This document shows positions 28,492 to 41,801 of a stretch of DNA of 64,000 nucleotides, one piece after another. Under the pieces are notes generated by a model. The model was not told where the DNA came from and did no database searches. It was given only the letters and a program-made list of their open reading frames with translations. This DNA is from the human T2T-CHM13v2.0 reference genome, Homo sapiens. How positions within the stretch are numbered: position 1 is the stretch's first letter; each line of letters begins with the position of its first letter. The stretch lies in the NCBI RefSeq assembly GCF_009914755.1, contig NC_060929.1. The stretch is one strand, 5' to 3'. The position numbers were made by a program, and so were the translations under genes.

Positions 28492-29420
28492 ACTCTTCCT
28501 GTATTTGGGCACAATTTTATGAGAAAACGACGTCTTGTGGATTTGAGAGGCTGAAGCTGAGGATGAAAGTCAATGTGCTGGGGATGGTGGAATGGAAGCA
28601 TGGGAAGAGCTAGGAGGCCTTGGTGACATCCCTAAGAGGCTGGATTCCCCTCACCTGCTGGTTCCTTCCTCTGTGCTTGTTGGGACAGCAGGGAGAGAGA
28701 TGACAGACCCCATGCCATCATCTAGGGCACCTTCCCTGGAGCACCCTAAGTGATCACAGTGGTGTTTGTTCCACAGCCTCCATGCCAGTAGGAGGCAAAA
28801 GAAACGTTTTCATGTTAGGCCAGTGAGCAATGCCAGGAGTCTCAGCTGGATGTGTCAGCTGTCATGATCATTCCAATCTCGCTGGAATCCTGCAGGAGGA
28901 GGGGAGAACACCGAAGTCCTCATGTGCCATCCTATGCCAAGACCGATCCCAAATTTCATATGTGGTGAATGCAAGTATTTGTCACATCTCAGGCCGTTCT
29001 CCTTCCATCTTCTTGTCTTCAACTGCCACCTGAATTTCACTAGCATCATTCCAGCCACAGCATTGTGGGGGAAGTTCTTTGTCATAGTTGCACAAGCACA
29101 GTTATAGTCATTAGCGATGGAGTTTCTCATGACAACAGCCTCTAAAAATAAGCCACGTCCAAGCATGTCAGCAGCGTGTCAGCAACTGCCATGCAACTGA
29201 CCTGAGATTTCGCATGAAATATGTAAAATGTGGAGTAAGACATGGGTTCTGAAAGCCCAGCTCCCCGGTCCTCTCTGTGCTCAGCAAGAATGTGAGCGAT
29301 TAAAGATCTATTTTTACTCTTTGGAAGACACTAATTAGCATTAAGTTTGATTTACCACAGTTAGGCAAAATCATTGTTTAATGAGCCACCTTCACAAGTT
29401 AGACGGCTCATGTTACCCTC

Positions 29421-29791
29421 TGATACGGTTTGTCTCTGTGTCCCCACCCAAATCTCACTTTGAATTGTAATCCCCATAGTCCCCATGTATCAAGGGCAGA
29501 ACCCCAGTGGAGGTAATTGGATCATGAAGGTGGTTTCCTCCGTGCTGTTCTCATGATAATGAGTCTCATGCCATCTGATGGTTTTATAAGCATCTGGCAT
29601 TTCCCCTGCTTGCATTTCTTTCTGCCACCCTGTGAAGAAAGTGCCTGCTTCCTCTTCATCTTCCACCACGATTGTAAGTTTCCTGAAGCCTCCCCAGCCA
29701 TGCTGAACTATGAGTCAATTAAACCTCTTTATTTACAAATTACCCAGTCTTGGGTATGTCTTTATTAGCAGCGTGAGAACGGACTAATACA
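29421..29791 (+). mobile_element. THE1D-like solo LTR
   Basis: TGATACGGTTTG..TGTGTCCCCACCCAAATCTC...GAGAACGGACTAATACA; TSD CCCTC/CCCAC. Confidence 0.93.
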
Positions 29792-30149
29792 CCCACCCAG
29801 AGGAATGAACAAACATGCCCCACAAAGCCTGGCGGGGGAGTCGGGAGAAGGATCTCCTGCATGTTTGCAGTGATTTACTCGCATGAACTATTTGTGCATG
29901 TTGTCGGGTTTTACCTTGCTCTCTCTTGTGCTGCAACAACAGCTACAAAAGTTCTAGACACTTCTTGACACGTGCTGGATTGTCCCGATTTGCTGTCCTA
30001 TAGAATTCACTGAGCATCTACCCTGAGCTGAACTCAGGGTACAACGACCAATAAGGCTCACCTTCAGCATCCAAGCTGTCTGGCCTTGAGTAAGACATAG
30101 CTCCTCTGTGTCTCAGTCTCCTCCTGTGATAAAAGAGGACATAACACCC

Positions 30150-30320
30150 AGCTTCACGGCATCTGACTCGTGCCATCTTGCAGGGCCCACACTGCAAAGC
30201 TGCAAAGTGCCATGTGCTTGGTTCAATGCTCTTCTGTTGCCATCTTGAAATTCTTAATAATTTGAACAAGGGGTCCAACATTTTCCTTTTTTCACTGGGC
30301 CCCACAAATTGCATAACCTA
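30150..30320. mobile_element. MER91-like hAT MITE inside a MIR (~30070-30400)
   Basis: CTTGGTTCAATGCTC...GCCATCTTGAAATTCTTAATAATTTGAACAAGGGG...CACTGGGCCCCACAAATT. Confidence 0.7.
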
Positions 30321-30402
30321 GACAGAGTTTTATAAGGATTAGGTAGGGGAACGTACTTAAACACAAAAGTAACGCAAAGCTTCACACAGAATAAGGACTT
30401 TA

Positions 30403-30731
<329 letters not shown>

Positions 30732-31403
30732 ACAATGGTATAATCACCCTGATTAGGTAGTTAAATCTAAACAAATGTATTTTCTTACCCATCTAATCTA
30801 AATACCATAACTTAAATTCTGCCTCTTGCCCACCTAATCTAAATACCATAACTTAAATTCTGCTTAACTTTCTTTAATGAATGTTATGCATCCATCTCGG
30901 ACCTCAACTTTGAATCTTAATTTCCAAATAGTTGACATGATTTGCTTTATTTTCTCCCTATCACTTTTGTCAAAAGTTGATCCTTTCCACAACAGCTCCT
31001 GTTGACTTGAGAACTGTATGCATAAAGTCCTTTGGTCATACTAATAAATATTCAATCTGTTGTTCCAATTTACCTTTCTTCCAAGAATTGACCAATTTTT
31101 ATCAAAAGGCTGATAGAAATAAACCATACACAAGGGGAAAATATTGGGTTACAAATATAAATTTTTTTCTTATCTCCCCAAACTGATAACCTTTGGTATA
31201 TGTCCACAATCCCTTATCCACAATTCTGTCACTTATAAAGCCCTAAAAATTTGGAAATAAACTTGCAGCAAATATATTTAGTGACAAAACCAAACCTAAA
31301 ATTGATATGGGGAGATTTGTAGTCGTTTATAATCATGCTGTGCATATTACATCACATCCCTCGTATATACTGAGTTATCTTTCTAAAATTAAAAACAATT
31401 CTG

Positions 31404-31690
<287 letters not shown>

Positions 31691-31692
31691 AT

Positions 31693-31706
31693 GAAAGAAA
31701 GAAGGA

Positions 31707-31778
<72 letters not shown>

Positions 31779-31909
31779 AGGAAGGAAGGAAGGAAGGAAG
31801 GAAGGAAGGAAGGAAGGAAGGAAGGAAAGAAAGAAAGAAAGAAAGAAAGAAAGAAGGAAGGAAGGAAGGAAGGAAGGAAGGAAGGAAAAGGAAGGAAGGA
31901 AGGAAGGAA

Positions 31910-31971
<62 letters not shown>
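31693..31971. repeat. Compound (GAAA)n/(GGAA)n tetranucleotide STR, 279 nt of pure purine
   Basis: Read directly; GGAA runs of 12, 8 and 6. Confidence 0.99.
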
Positions 31972-31972
<1 letters not shown>

Positions 31973-32086
31973 TCTGAATTTTGGAACACTTCCAATGGCA
32001 AGTTTTGGATAAGGGACTGTGGTCCTATGTCAGGCCCACACTACCCCTTTCAGAGCTCACTCCCCAACTAGTGAAGCAAAGCATTA

Positions 32087-32410
<324 letters not shown>

Positions 32411-32414
32411 AGGC

Positions 32415-32915
32415 CCTGGAACTCAAACAGATATGTGTGCACCATGTTCACAGCAGCATTATTCACAACAGCCAAAAGGTGGAAACAATCCACGTCATCA
32501 ACACATGAATGTATGTATATACACAAAATGTTGTATACACATGTACAATTGAATATTATTCAGCCTTAAAAAGTAATGAAATTCTGACACATGCTACCCG
32601 TGGATAACCTTGAAGACATTGTGCTTAGTGAAATAAGCCATTCACAAAATACAAATACTGTATGAATCACTCTATGAGGTCCCTAGAGAGGTCAAATTCA
32701 TAGAGATAAAAAGTAGCATGGGGGTTTCTAGGGAAAGTGGGGAAATGGGGAATTCGTGCTCAATGGGCACAGAGTTTCAGTTTGAAAAGAGGAAAATGTT
32801 CTGGAGATAAATGGAGGTGAAGGTTACACAGCAATGTGAATACACTTCATGCCACTGAACTGTTCACTTTACAGCACCTAAAATGATCAATTTTATGTTA
32901 TGTGTAACTTACCAT
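32415..32915 (+). mobile_element. L1MA/L1MB 3' end
   Basis: ATGTTCACAGCAGCATTATTCACAACAGCCAAAAGGTGGAAACAA...GGGCACAGAGTTTCAGTTTG. Confidence 0.85.
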
Positions 32916-32916
32916 A

Positions 32917-33222
32917 TTTTTCTTTTTCTTTTTTTTTTTTGAGGCAGAATCTCTCTCTGTTGCCTCGCTTGGAGTGCAGGGGCACAATCTAGGCTCACTG
33001 CCACCTCTGCCTCCCGGGTTCAAGCGATTCTCCTGCCTCAGCCTCCTGAGTAGCTGGGATTACAAGCGCATGCTACCACACCTGGCTAATTTTTTTGTAT
33101 TTTTAGGAGAGACAGGGTTTCACCATGTTGGCCACAATGGTCTCCATCTTCTGACCTCGTGATCTGCCCACCTCGGCCTCCCAAAGTGCTAGGATTACAG
33201 GCATGAGCCACTGCGCCCGGCC
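32917..33222 (-). mobile_element. AluSc/Sg-like
   Basis: Full antisense Alu containing CTGACCTCGTGATC. Confidence 0.95.
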
Positions 33223-33639
33223 CCACATTTTTCCTAATGGCAGGCCCTAGAATATCTGTCCTCGGAGTACTGAATTCCCCTCTCCACCTGCCCTACTTCT
33301 CTGTCCCTGGCCACCCTGAACTGATCATCACTCTCCATCACCACCAGCAACTGCCCCCACTGACGCCCTCCAGACAGAGACATCAGTTCACCCCTCTCCT
33401 GGCTTAGTATTCACCTGGCTTCACTTCCTAGAGTCTCAGATTGATAAACTGGCAACAAACCCATTTCTAGCAAGGCACTAAAGCACACCCAGGTGTCCTA
33501 TCCCTGCAGGCGTCCCAAACCCAGGACCACCTGCACCACAGGCTGGTCTCCAGCTTCCAGTCACCTCCCTTACACCAGTGGGAGGTGTTAACATGAAGGA
33601 ACAAGGAGCTAGATCCTCATCTAGTTGATCTGCGTCCCC

Positions 33640-34140
33640 TGTGCATTAGCTTCTTATGGCTGCTGTATCCAGTTACCACAGATTTCATGGCTTAGCACAA
33701 CATAAATATATTCTCCTACAGTCCAAAATCAATTTCACTGGAGTAAAATTAAGGTGTTGGCAGTTCTGTGTTCTTTCTGGAGGCTCTAGACAAGAATCTC
33801 TTTCCTTTTCCTTCTGGCTCCTATAGGACACTTGTATTCCTTGACTTGTGGCCCTGTCCTCCGTCTTCAAAGCACCTCACTTCCACCTCTGTTTCCATCA
33901 TCGCACGGCCTTCTGTCTCCCACTCTGACTCCTCCTGCATCCATCTGTCTTGCAAAGACCCTTGTGATGACATCAATCTCACCAAATAATCCAGGATAAT
34001 CTCCCCATATCAAGACTCTTAGCTTAATCACATCCGCAAAGTCCCTTTGCCATGAAAAGGAACACAGTGACAGGTTCCAGGGATTTCACAGGTTCCAGGG
34101 ACGTCTTGGGGGAGGAGGGGATTTATTCAGCCTGCTACAC
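33640..34140 (-). mobile_element. MLT1D-like solo LTR
   Basis: AATTAAGGTGTTGGCAG..TTCTGGAGGCTCTAG...ATAATCCAGGATAATCTCCCCAT...TTATTCAGCCTGCTACA. Confidence 0.85.
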
Positions 34141-34178
34141 CGTAATTGGCAGGCTAGAGCCTCACATGCAAAATATGA

Positions 34179-34502
<324 letters not shown>

Positions 34503-34679
34503 AAGGTGACAAAATATTTCTTGCTGTTAGTTGCAGGAGAGAGAAAAGATGAATACTGATCCACGTCTGAGAGAGAGACAAAAATTCAAGTTGGAGAATG
34601 GTCCAGATACATCACCAAAGCAAGGAGGACTGTAAGTGGATATCAGAACCTGAGTGCAGAGACAAGAGACAGATCTCTG

Positions 34680-35206
34680 TTTCTGAAAACATGGCAAGGA
34701 AAATAACCTAAATATCCTCTCACTATCAAGCATTAGAAATGTTGAATAAAATATGACAAATATCTTTTTAATTCATAGCCAACCTCCTAAGCAAGGAAGG
34801 GATAGCCCCAGGGCCAAAACCAATAAGGGAACAGAAAGCCAACATGGTAAATATGACCTGATGCTGGGGTTGGTCTGTGGGAATTGGAGAGGTGGCAAGT
34901 TTTTGTAACCAGGGAATTTATGTTTTCATTGCCACACATGAACAGTAGAGAAGGTTTTGGGTGTGTCCCAGGTGAGGAATTGGAACTGAGGTCCCTAGGG
35001 TAGTACAGGAAAAAGAAATACCCATTAGCCTGTGGAGATGATAAGGAAATGTCTTGTTTTTGCCTGAACTTGAAAAAGAGTATTAATAATTTCCCTAAAA
35101 TTTTTAAATTACGGTCTCATCCTCATGACTTGAGGTTCTAATTTTGCACTATTTGTGTGGCCCCAGAAACTCAAAACCCAAGAAATCAATTAATGTTAAA
35201 AGTGGT
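34680..35206 (+). mobile_element. Old L1M 5'-region-like fragment
   Basis: Degenerate text (AGAAATGTTGAATAAAATATGACAAATATCTTTTTAAAT...AAATCAATTAATGTTAAAAGTGGT) resembling L1ME 5' regions. Confidence 0.35.
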
Positions 35207-36258
35207 ATTTTCTTTCTCTAAAAGTATTCTTGTTGCTCTACCATTCTTCCTCCTCAGATCAGTATCATCTTTTGCTTTGGGGAGAAAAAGTGGATGTCGC
35301 ATAAAATAATAAAATGTAAAAGTGTTACAATATGTAAATGTCCCAAGACACAGTAGACACAATTTTCTGTGAATAAAACACTTTTAATTGGAAAGAAACA
35401 GATTTCTTATAGAAAAGTAATTTTGCTCTGAATTCCAAAAGAACTTTCCTTGGAAACATGTTTACAAACATTAGCCACAGAGCTTAAGGAAGACATTAAA
35501 AACCCTACTGGCTGGGAGGAAGGCACTTGGACAGAGAGAGGAAGCAGACAATAAGGGAACTATAACCAAAGGCCCACAAAGGGAATTAAAACCTTGGGAG
35601 ATAAGAGGCATGGGTGGTAGACACATTCACCATGACCACCATTCCACAGATAGATCTGAGGCAGTGTTTGCAATAAGAACTGTTGGTATTTAAGTCTTCT
35701 AGCATATCATTCTTTGTGTAAAGGACAAAATACCCAGGAATAGTTTTGTTTTGAGGTATAATTATGCTATTTCAGATGACTCAGCTGGAATCACCAGCTT
35801 TATTCCAATTTCTTAGTTCTCTCTTATGTCTGCCCTTTATTTACCTTCCTACCTCAACCCAGGCACCCTACATACAAGAACCCCACCACTCTTCTTCACC
35901 ACTAAGCTCAGGCAAACTGCTATCACTTCCCATTTTCATTGGCTACTCCTTAAAAAAGGTTGTAGTCTACTAAAACATAAAGTAATTACAAAAATTTAAC
36001 AGATATTAATTCCATGACAAAAACTACAGAATATGGCTAAGATACATTAAAGAATATCTAAATAGATTAAGAGGTATACCATGTTCATGAATTGAAAGAT
36101 TCAATATTGTTAAGATGTTCATTCACCTCAAATTGATTTACAGATTCAACACAATCCCAGTGAAAATCTAAAAAGCCTTTTTTTGAAATTAGAGATTGAT
36201 GTAAAACTTATTATAAGTTTTACATGGAAATCCAAATGACTTAGAACAGGTAAGAAAC

Positions 36259-36985
<727 letters not shown>

Positions 36986-37410
36986 AACAATTTTTATAAA
37001 GAAGAACAAAGTTGAAGGACTTAGGCTACCTAGTTCATGACTTACTATAAAGCCACACTAATCAAAGAGAGTGTGGTATTCACATAAAAGCAGAAAAATA
37101 AATGAAATAGGAGAGAGACCACTTATAGGGTCAAATGGTTTTTGACAAGGGTTCCAAGGTAATTCAATGAAGAAAGGACAGTCTTTTCAACAAACACCAC
37201 AGGAACAACTAAACACAGTATCCAAGTGAGAAAAAAATGTACACTCTCCATCTTGTACCACATCTAAAGTGGGGGTACACCTGGAAAGTTACAAAAATTG
37301 ATTCATACATCTAAAACTAAAAGCTAAGGCTTTTAGTTTTCCATAATATTTGGAGAAAATATTATGACTTTTGTGCAGGCAAGGATTCGTTAGGCAAGTA
37401 ATAGAAAGCA

Positions 37411-37633
<223 letters not shown>

Positions 37634-38630
37634 TTATTAAAATTTAAAACTTCCACTTTTTGAAAAATGCCACTACAAAAATGAAAAGTCAAACCACTGG
37701 GTGAAAATATTCATAACATATACAGCTGACAAATATTTTGCATTGAAAAAATGCAAACAACTCTTACAACTATTAAAAAATATTAAGAAAACAAGGCAAC
37801 TAGAAAATAGGCAAAAGATTTAAACAGACACATCACCAATGAATATATACAAATTGTCAATAAGCACATGAAAATATGTTCAATATCACTAGTCACCAGA
37901 AAAATGTAAATTAAATCCACAGTGAAGTGCTACTACACACGAGAATGACTAAAATTAAAAGACTGGTTGATAATACCAAGTGCTAGCATGGGTGCAGAGC
38001 AGCTGAAACTCTTGTACATTGCTGGTGGAAGTGTAAAACGTCACGGTCACTTTGAAAAGCAGTTTATTATGAAGTTAAACATATTATACTTATGTACGAT
38101 CAAACTCCTAGGTATTTACTTAAGAAAAAGGAAAACATATGTCCACAAAATGACTTATACATAAACATTCATAGCAACTTTACTCATAATAACCAAAAAC
38201 TGGAAACAACTGTCCCTCAAAAGATGAATGGATAAACAAATAGTGGTATATTTGTGCAATAGAATACAATAAAAATAAGCAAATATGCCCAACCACATGT
38301 ACAGATCTCAGAAACGTTATATTAAACAAAATGATCCAGACTCCAAGGAATATATACTGTATGGTTTCGTTTATGAATTTCCACAACAGGAAAAACTAAC
38401 ATAGAGATCAGTGGTTTAGTTGGGTGAGAGGGAGGAATGATTAGCTGCATAGACAAAAAGGGACAGTTCTGGGTTATGAAATTGATTGATTATCTGATTA
38501 AAATGGTGATTACTAGAGTGGATACATTTGTTAAAATTCATCAAACTAGATACTTCTTGTGCATTTTTATTATATATAAATTACTTCTCAATAAAGTTGA
38601 TTATATTTTTATTTTTAACAAAAGAGTGAA

Positions 38631-38783
38631 GGCCAGGCATGGTGTCTCATGCCTGTAGTCCCAGCTGCTTGGAAGGCTGAGGTGGGAAGATCACTTGAGC
38701 TCGGGAGGTTGAGGCTGCAGTGAGCCATGATCACTCCACTGCTTTCAGCCTGGGTGACACAGTGAGACTGTGTCTCAAAAAAA
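38631..38783 (+). mobile_element. FRAM / AluJ right monomer
   Basis: Single right-arm-type monomer. Confidence 0.85.
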
Positions 38784-38991
38784 GGGTGGAGCTCTCCATC
38801 CAAAGTGCACAGTTCTAAGTGCTGGAATCTGAGTCTGCAGCAGAGGGAAGGAGCTGCCCAAGAGTGTCCTTCCCAGAGTTCCACTTGGAAGAGGGAGCAG
38901 CTGTCTACTGGCTGATGTGGAAGAAGCCACAGAGCTTGTAGCTTCTCGTTTGTATTACAGTAGCATCCGTGTTTAACCCTTGTATTTTCCC

Positions 38992-39289
38992 TTTTTTTTT
39001 TTTTTTTTTGAGACGGAGTTTCGCTCTTGTTGCTGAGGCTGGAGTGCTGTGGCATGATCACGGCTCACTACAACCTCCGCCTTCTGGTTTCAAGTGATTC
39101 TCCTGCCTCAGCCTCCTGAGTAACTGGGATTACAGGCACCCACCACCATGCCCGGCTAATTTTTTTGTATTTTTAGTAGAGACGAGGTTTCACCATGTTG
39201 GCCAGGCTGGTCTCAAACTCCTGACCTCGTGATCTGCCCACCTCAGCCTCCCAAAGTGCTGGGATTACAGGCATAAGCCACACCTGGCC
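38992..39289 (-). mobile_element. AluS
   Basis: Full antisense Alu; TGTATTTTC duplicated on both sides. Confidence 0.95.
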
Positions 39290-39404
39290 AACCACTGTAT
39301 TTTCTAATATTACATCTTTATTTGATATTTTGTACTCTGATTGTAATTTTTTTTTTTGAAATTTACTAAATATTAGTTTTACCAACTTTCTAAAAATGAA
39401 CACG

Positions 39405-40690
39405 TTCATTCAACAAATATTAGTTGAGTATCTATTATATGCCAGTCTCCATTGTAAGCGCTAGGAATACAGCAATGGGGAAAGAAGGAAAGTAATAATT
39501 ATTAAAATGCTCTCCATAATGCATTAGATGATATTAAATACTAAGGAGAAAAACAAATCAGGGAAGAATAACAAGGAAGTAGGGAGGAGGAGGCAGGGGA
39601 GGAGTCTCAAATTCATACAGGGTGCTGAGAAGTGACGCCTGACGAAAGACCTGCAGGAGATGAGAAGTTGATCCAAGCAGATAACAGAGGGAAGAGCATT
39701 CAAGGCCAAGGGAACAGCAAGGGCAAAGGCCCTGAGGCGGGGGTACACCTGGAGAGTTCAAGGACAGCAAAGGGGTCTGTGTAACTATAGGCCAGTGAAC
39801 AAGGCAGAGTTGTGGAAGACGAGGTCAGATATGAAGAGGAGGGCTAGAGGGTCATGACAGAGATTTGACATTTACTCTGAGGTGAGCTAGAGAGCTGTTA
39901 AAGGGTTTGGAGCAGAGGAGGGACATGACCCAACCAGCCCATTAACAAGAGCACAGGCTGATGTGTTAGGACTGAACTGGAGAAGACAGGTGGAAGCGGC
40001 GAGCCCAGTCAGAAGACTATGCAGTCATCTAGGAGAAGCTGGTGCCTCGGGTCAGGATGGGAGCAGTGGGCGTGGGGAGAAGTGGTTGGATTCTGAATAT
40101 ATATGAAGATAGAACCGATGATATTTGCCGGTGGGTCACACGCTGGGTAGGAGAGAAAAATGTGACCTCAAGAATGACTTGGAAAGGTGCGATGGTTCGT
40201 GCCTGTAATCCTGGCACTTTGGGAGGCCAAGGTGGGCAGATCACCTGAGGTCAGGAGTTCGAGATCAGCCTGGTCAACATGGCGAAACCCCGTTTCTACT
40301 AAAAATACAAAAATTAGCTGGGCATGGTGGTGCACGCCTATAATCCCACCTACTAAGGAGGCTGAAGCAGGAGAATCACTTGAACTCAGGAGGTGGAGGT
40401 TGCAGTGAGCCAAGATCATGCCACTCCACTCCAGCCTGGGTAACAGAGCAAGAAAGAGCAAGACTCATCTCAAAAAAAAAAAAAAAAAAAAAGAAAAGAA
40501 AAAGAAATACTCCAAGATTTTTTTATTTCAGTAACTAGAAGGATGGAGTTGCAGGAACGAGAAGGATGGAGACTGAGATGAGGAAGACTACAAGAAGAGC
40601 AGATATAGAGGGAAGATTAGGACCTCAGTTTTGAACAGGTTACATTTGAGACAACTATTTGACTTCCAAATGGAGACAGTGAGTAGGCAG
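39405..40690 (-). mobile_element. L2a-like fragment, interrupted by an Alu
   Basis: TTCATTCAACAAATATTAGTTGAG...GGGAACAGCAAGGGCAAAGGCCCTGAGG...GGGTTTGGAGCAGAGGAGGGACATGA. Confidence 0.8.
40185..40505 (+). mobile_element. AluSx-like
   Basis: Full Alu dimer with a long A tail. Confidence 0.95.
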
Positions 40691-41801
40691 TAGGACATTG
40701 TTATCACAGGAGAGGACAGCTCTGTGCATGTTACTACCCCTGAAGACCTTCCAGTGGGACAATATCATCAACAGTGACCTTGGTGATCCTGACCCTGTGT
40801 GGGCCTAGGCTAATGTGTGTATTTGTGACTTCGTTTTTAACAAAAAAGTTTAAAAAGTAAAAAAATTTGGCCAGGCACGGTGGCTCACACCTGTAATCCC
40901 AGTCCTTTGGGAGGCCGAGGCAGGCAGATCACCTGAGGTCAAGAGTTTGAGACCAGCCTGGCCAACATGGTGAAACCCTGTCTCTACTAAAAATACAAAA
41001 ATTAGCCGGGTGTGGTGGCGGGTGCCTGTAATCCCAGCTACTCGGGAGGCTGATGCAGGAGAATCGCTTGAAACCAGAAGCCAGAGGTTGGCAGTGAGCC
41101 GAGATTGTGCCACTGCACTCCAGCCTGGGCAAAATGGCGAAACTCCATCTCAAAAAAAAAAAAGTTAAAAAGTTAAAAATTGTAAAAATAGAAAAACTCT
41201 TCTAAAATAAGGATATAAAGAAAAAATATTTTTGGACAGCTGTACAATCTGCTTAAAGCTAAGTAGGTATTACAAATAAGTCTAAAAGTTCATAAATTTA
41301 AAAAGTTACAGTAAGCTAACGTTAATTTATTATTGAAGAAAGAAAATCTTTTATAACTTTGGTGTAGCCTAAGTGTACAATGTTTATAAAGTCTACAGTC
41401 ATGTACAGCAATGTCCTAGGCCTTCACATTCATTCCTCACTCACTCACCGACTCAGCCAGCACAGCTTCCAGTTCTGCAAGCTCCATTCATGTTCTGTAT
41501 ATGTGAACCATTTTTCATCTTTTATACTGCATTTTTACCGTACCTTTTCTGTGTTTAGATGTGTTTAGATACACAAATTCTTACTATTGTGTTACAATTG
41601 CCTATGGTATTCAGTACAGTAACATGCTGTACAGGTTTGTAGCCTAAGGAGCAATACGCTATACCACATAGCCTAGGTGTATAGTAAGTTATTCCATCTA
41701 GGTTTGTGTAAGTACATTCCGTGATGTTCGCATAACAATGAAATTGCCTAACGACACATTTCCCATAATAGTATCCCCATGATTAAGCAACCCATCACTG
41801 T
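40690..41801. mobile_element. Tigger3 (Golem/MER7-type) DNA transposon, interrupted by an Alu
   Basis: CCTGAAGACCTTCCAGTGGGACAA...GTAGCCTAAGTGTACAATGTTTATAAAGTCTACAG...TAAGCAACCCATCACTGTA. Confidence 0.85.
40869..41163 (+). mobile_element. AluSx-like
   Basis: Full Alu dimer. Confidence 0.95.

Larger units (their letters stand above)
27205..28690 (+). mobile_element. Old MLT1-like LTR hosting nested LTR16-like and MER74-like LTRs
   Basis: MLT1 text at 27205-27515 (CAGGTGACCCAGATCTGTCCAATGGGACATGAG..GGGCTTCTGGGAAAGATT) resumes at about 28495-28690. Confidence 0.5.
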
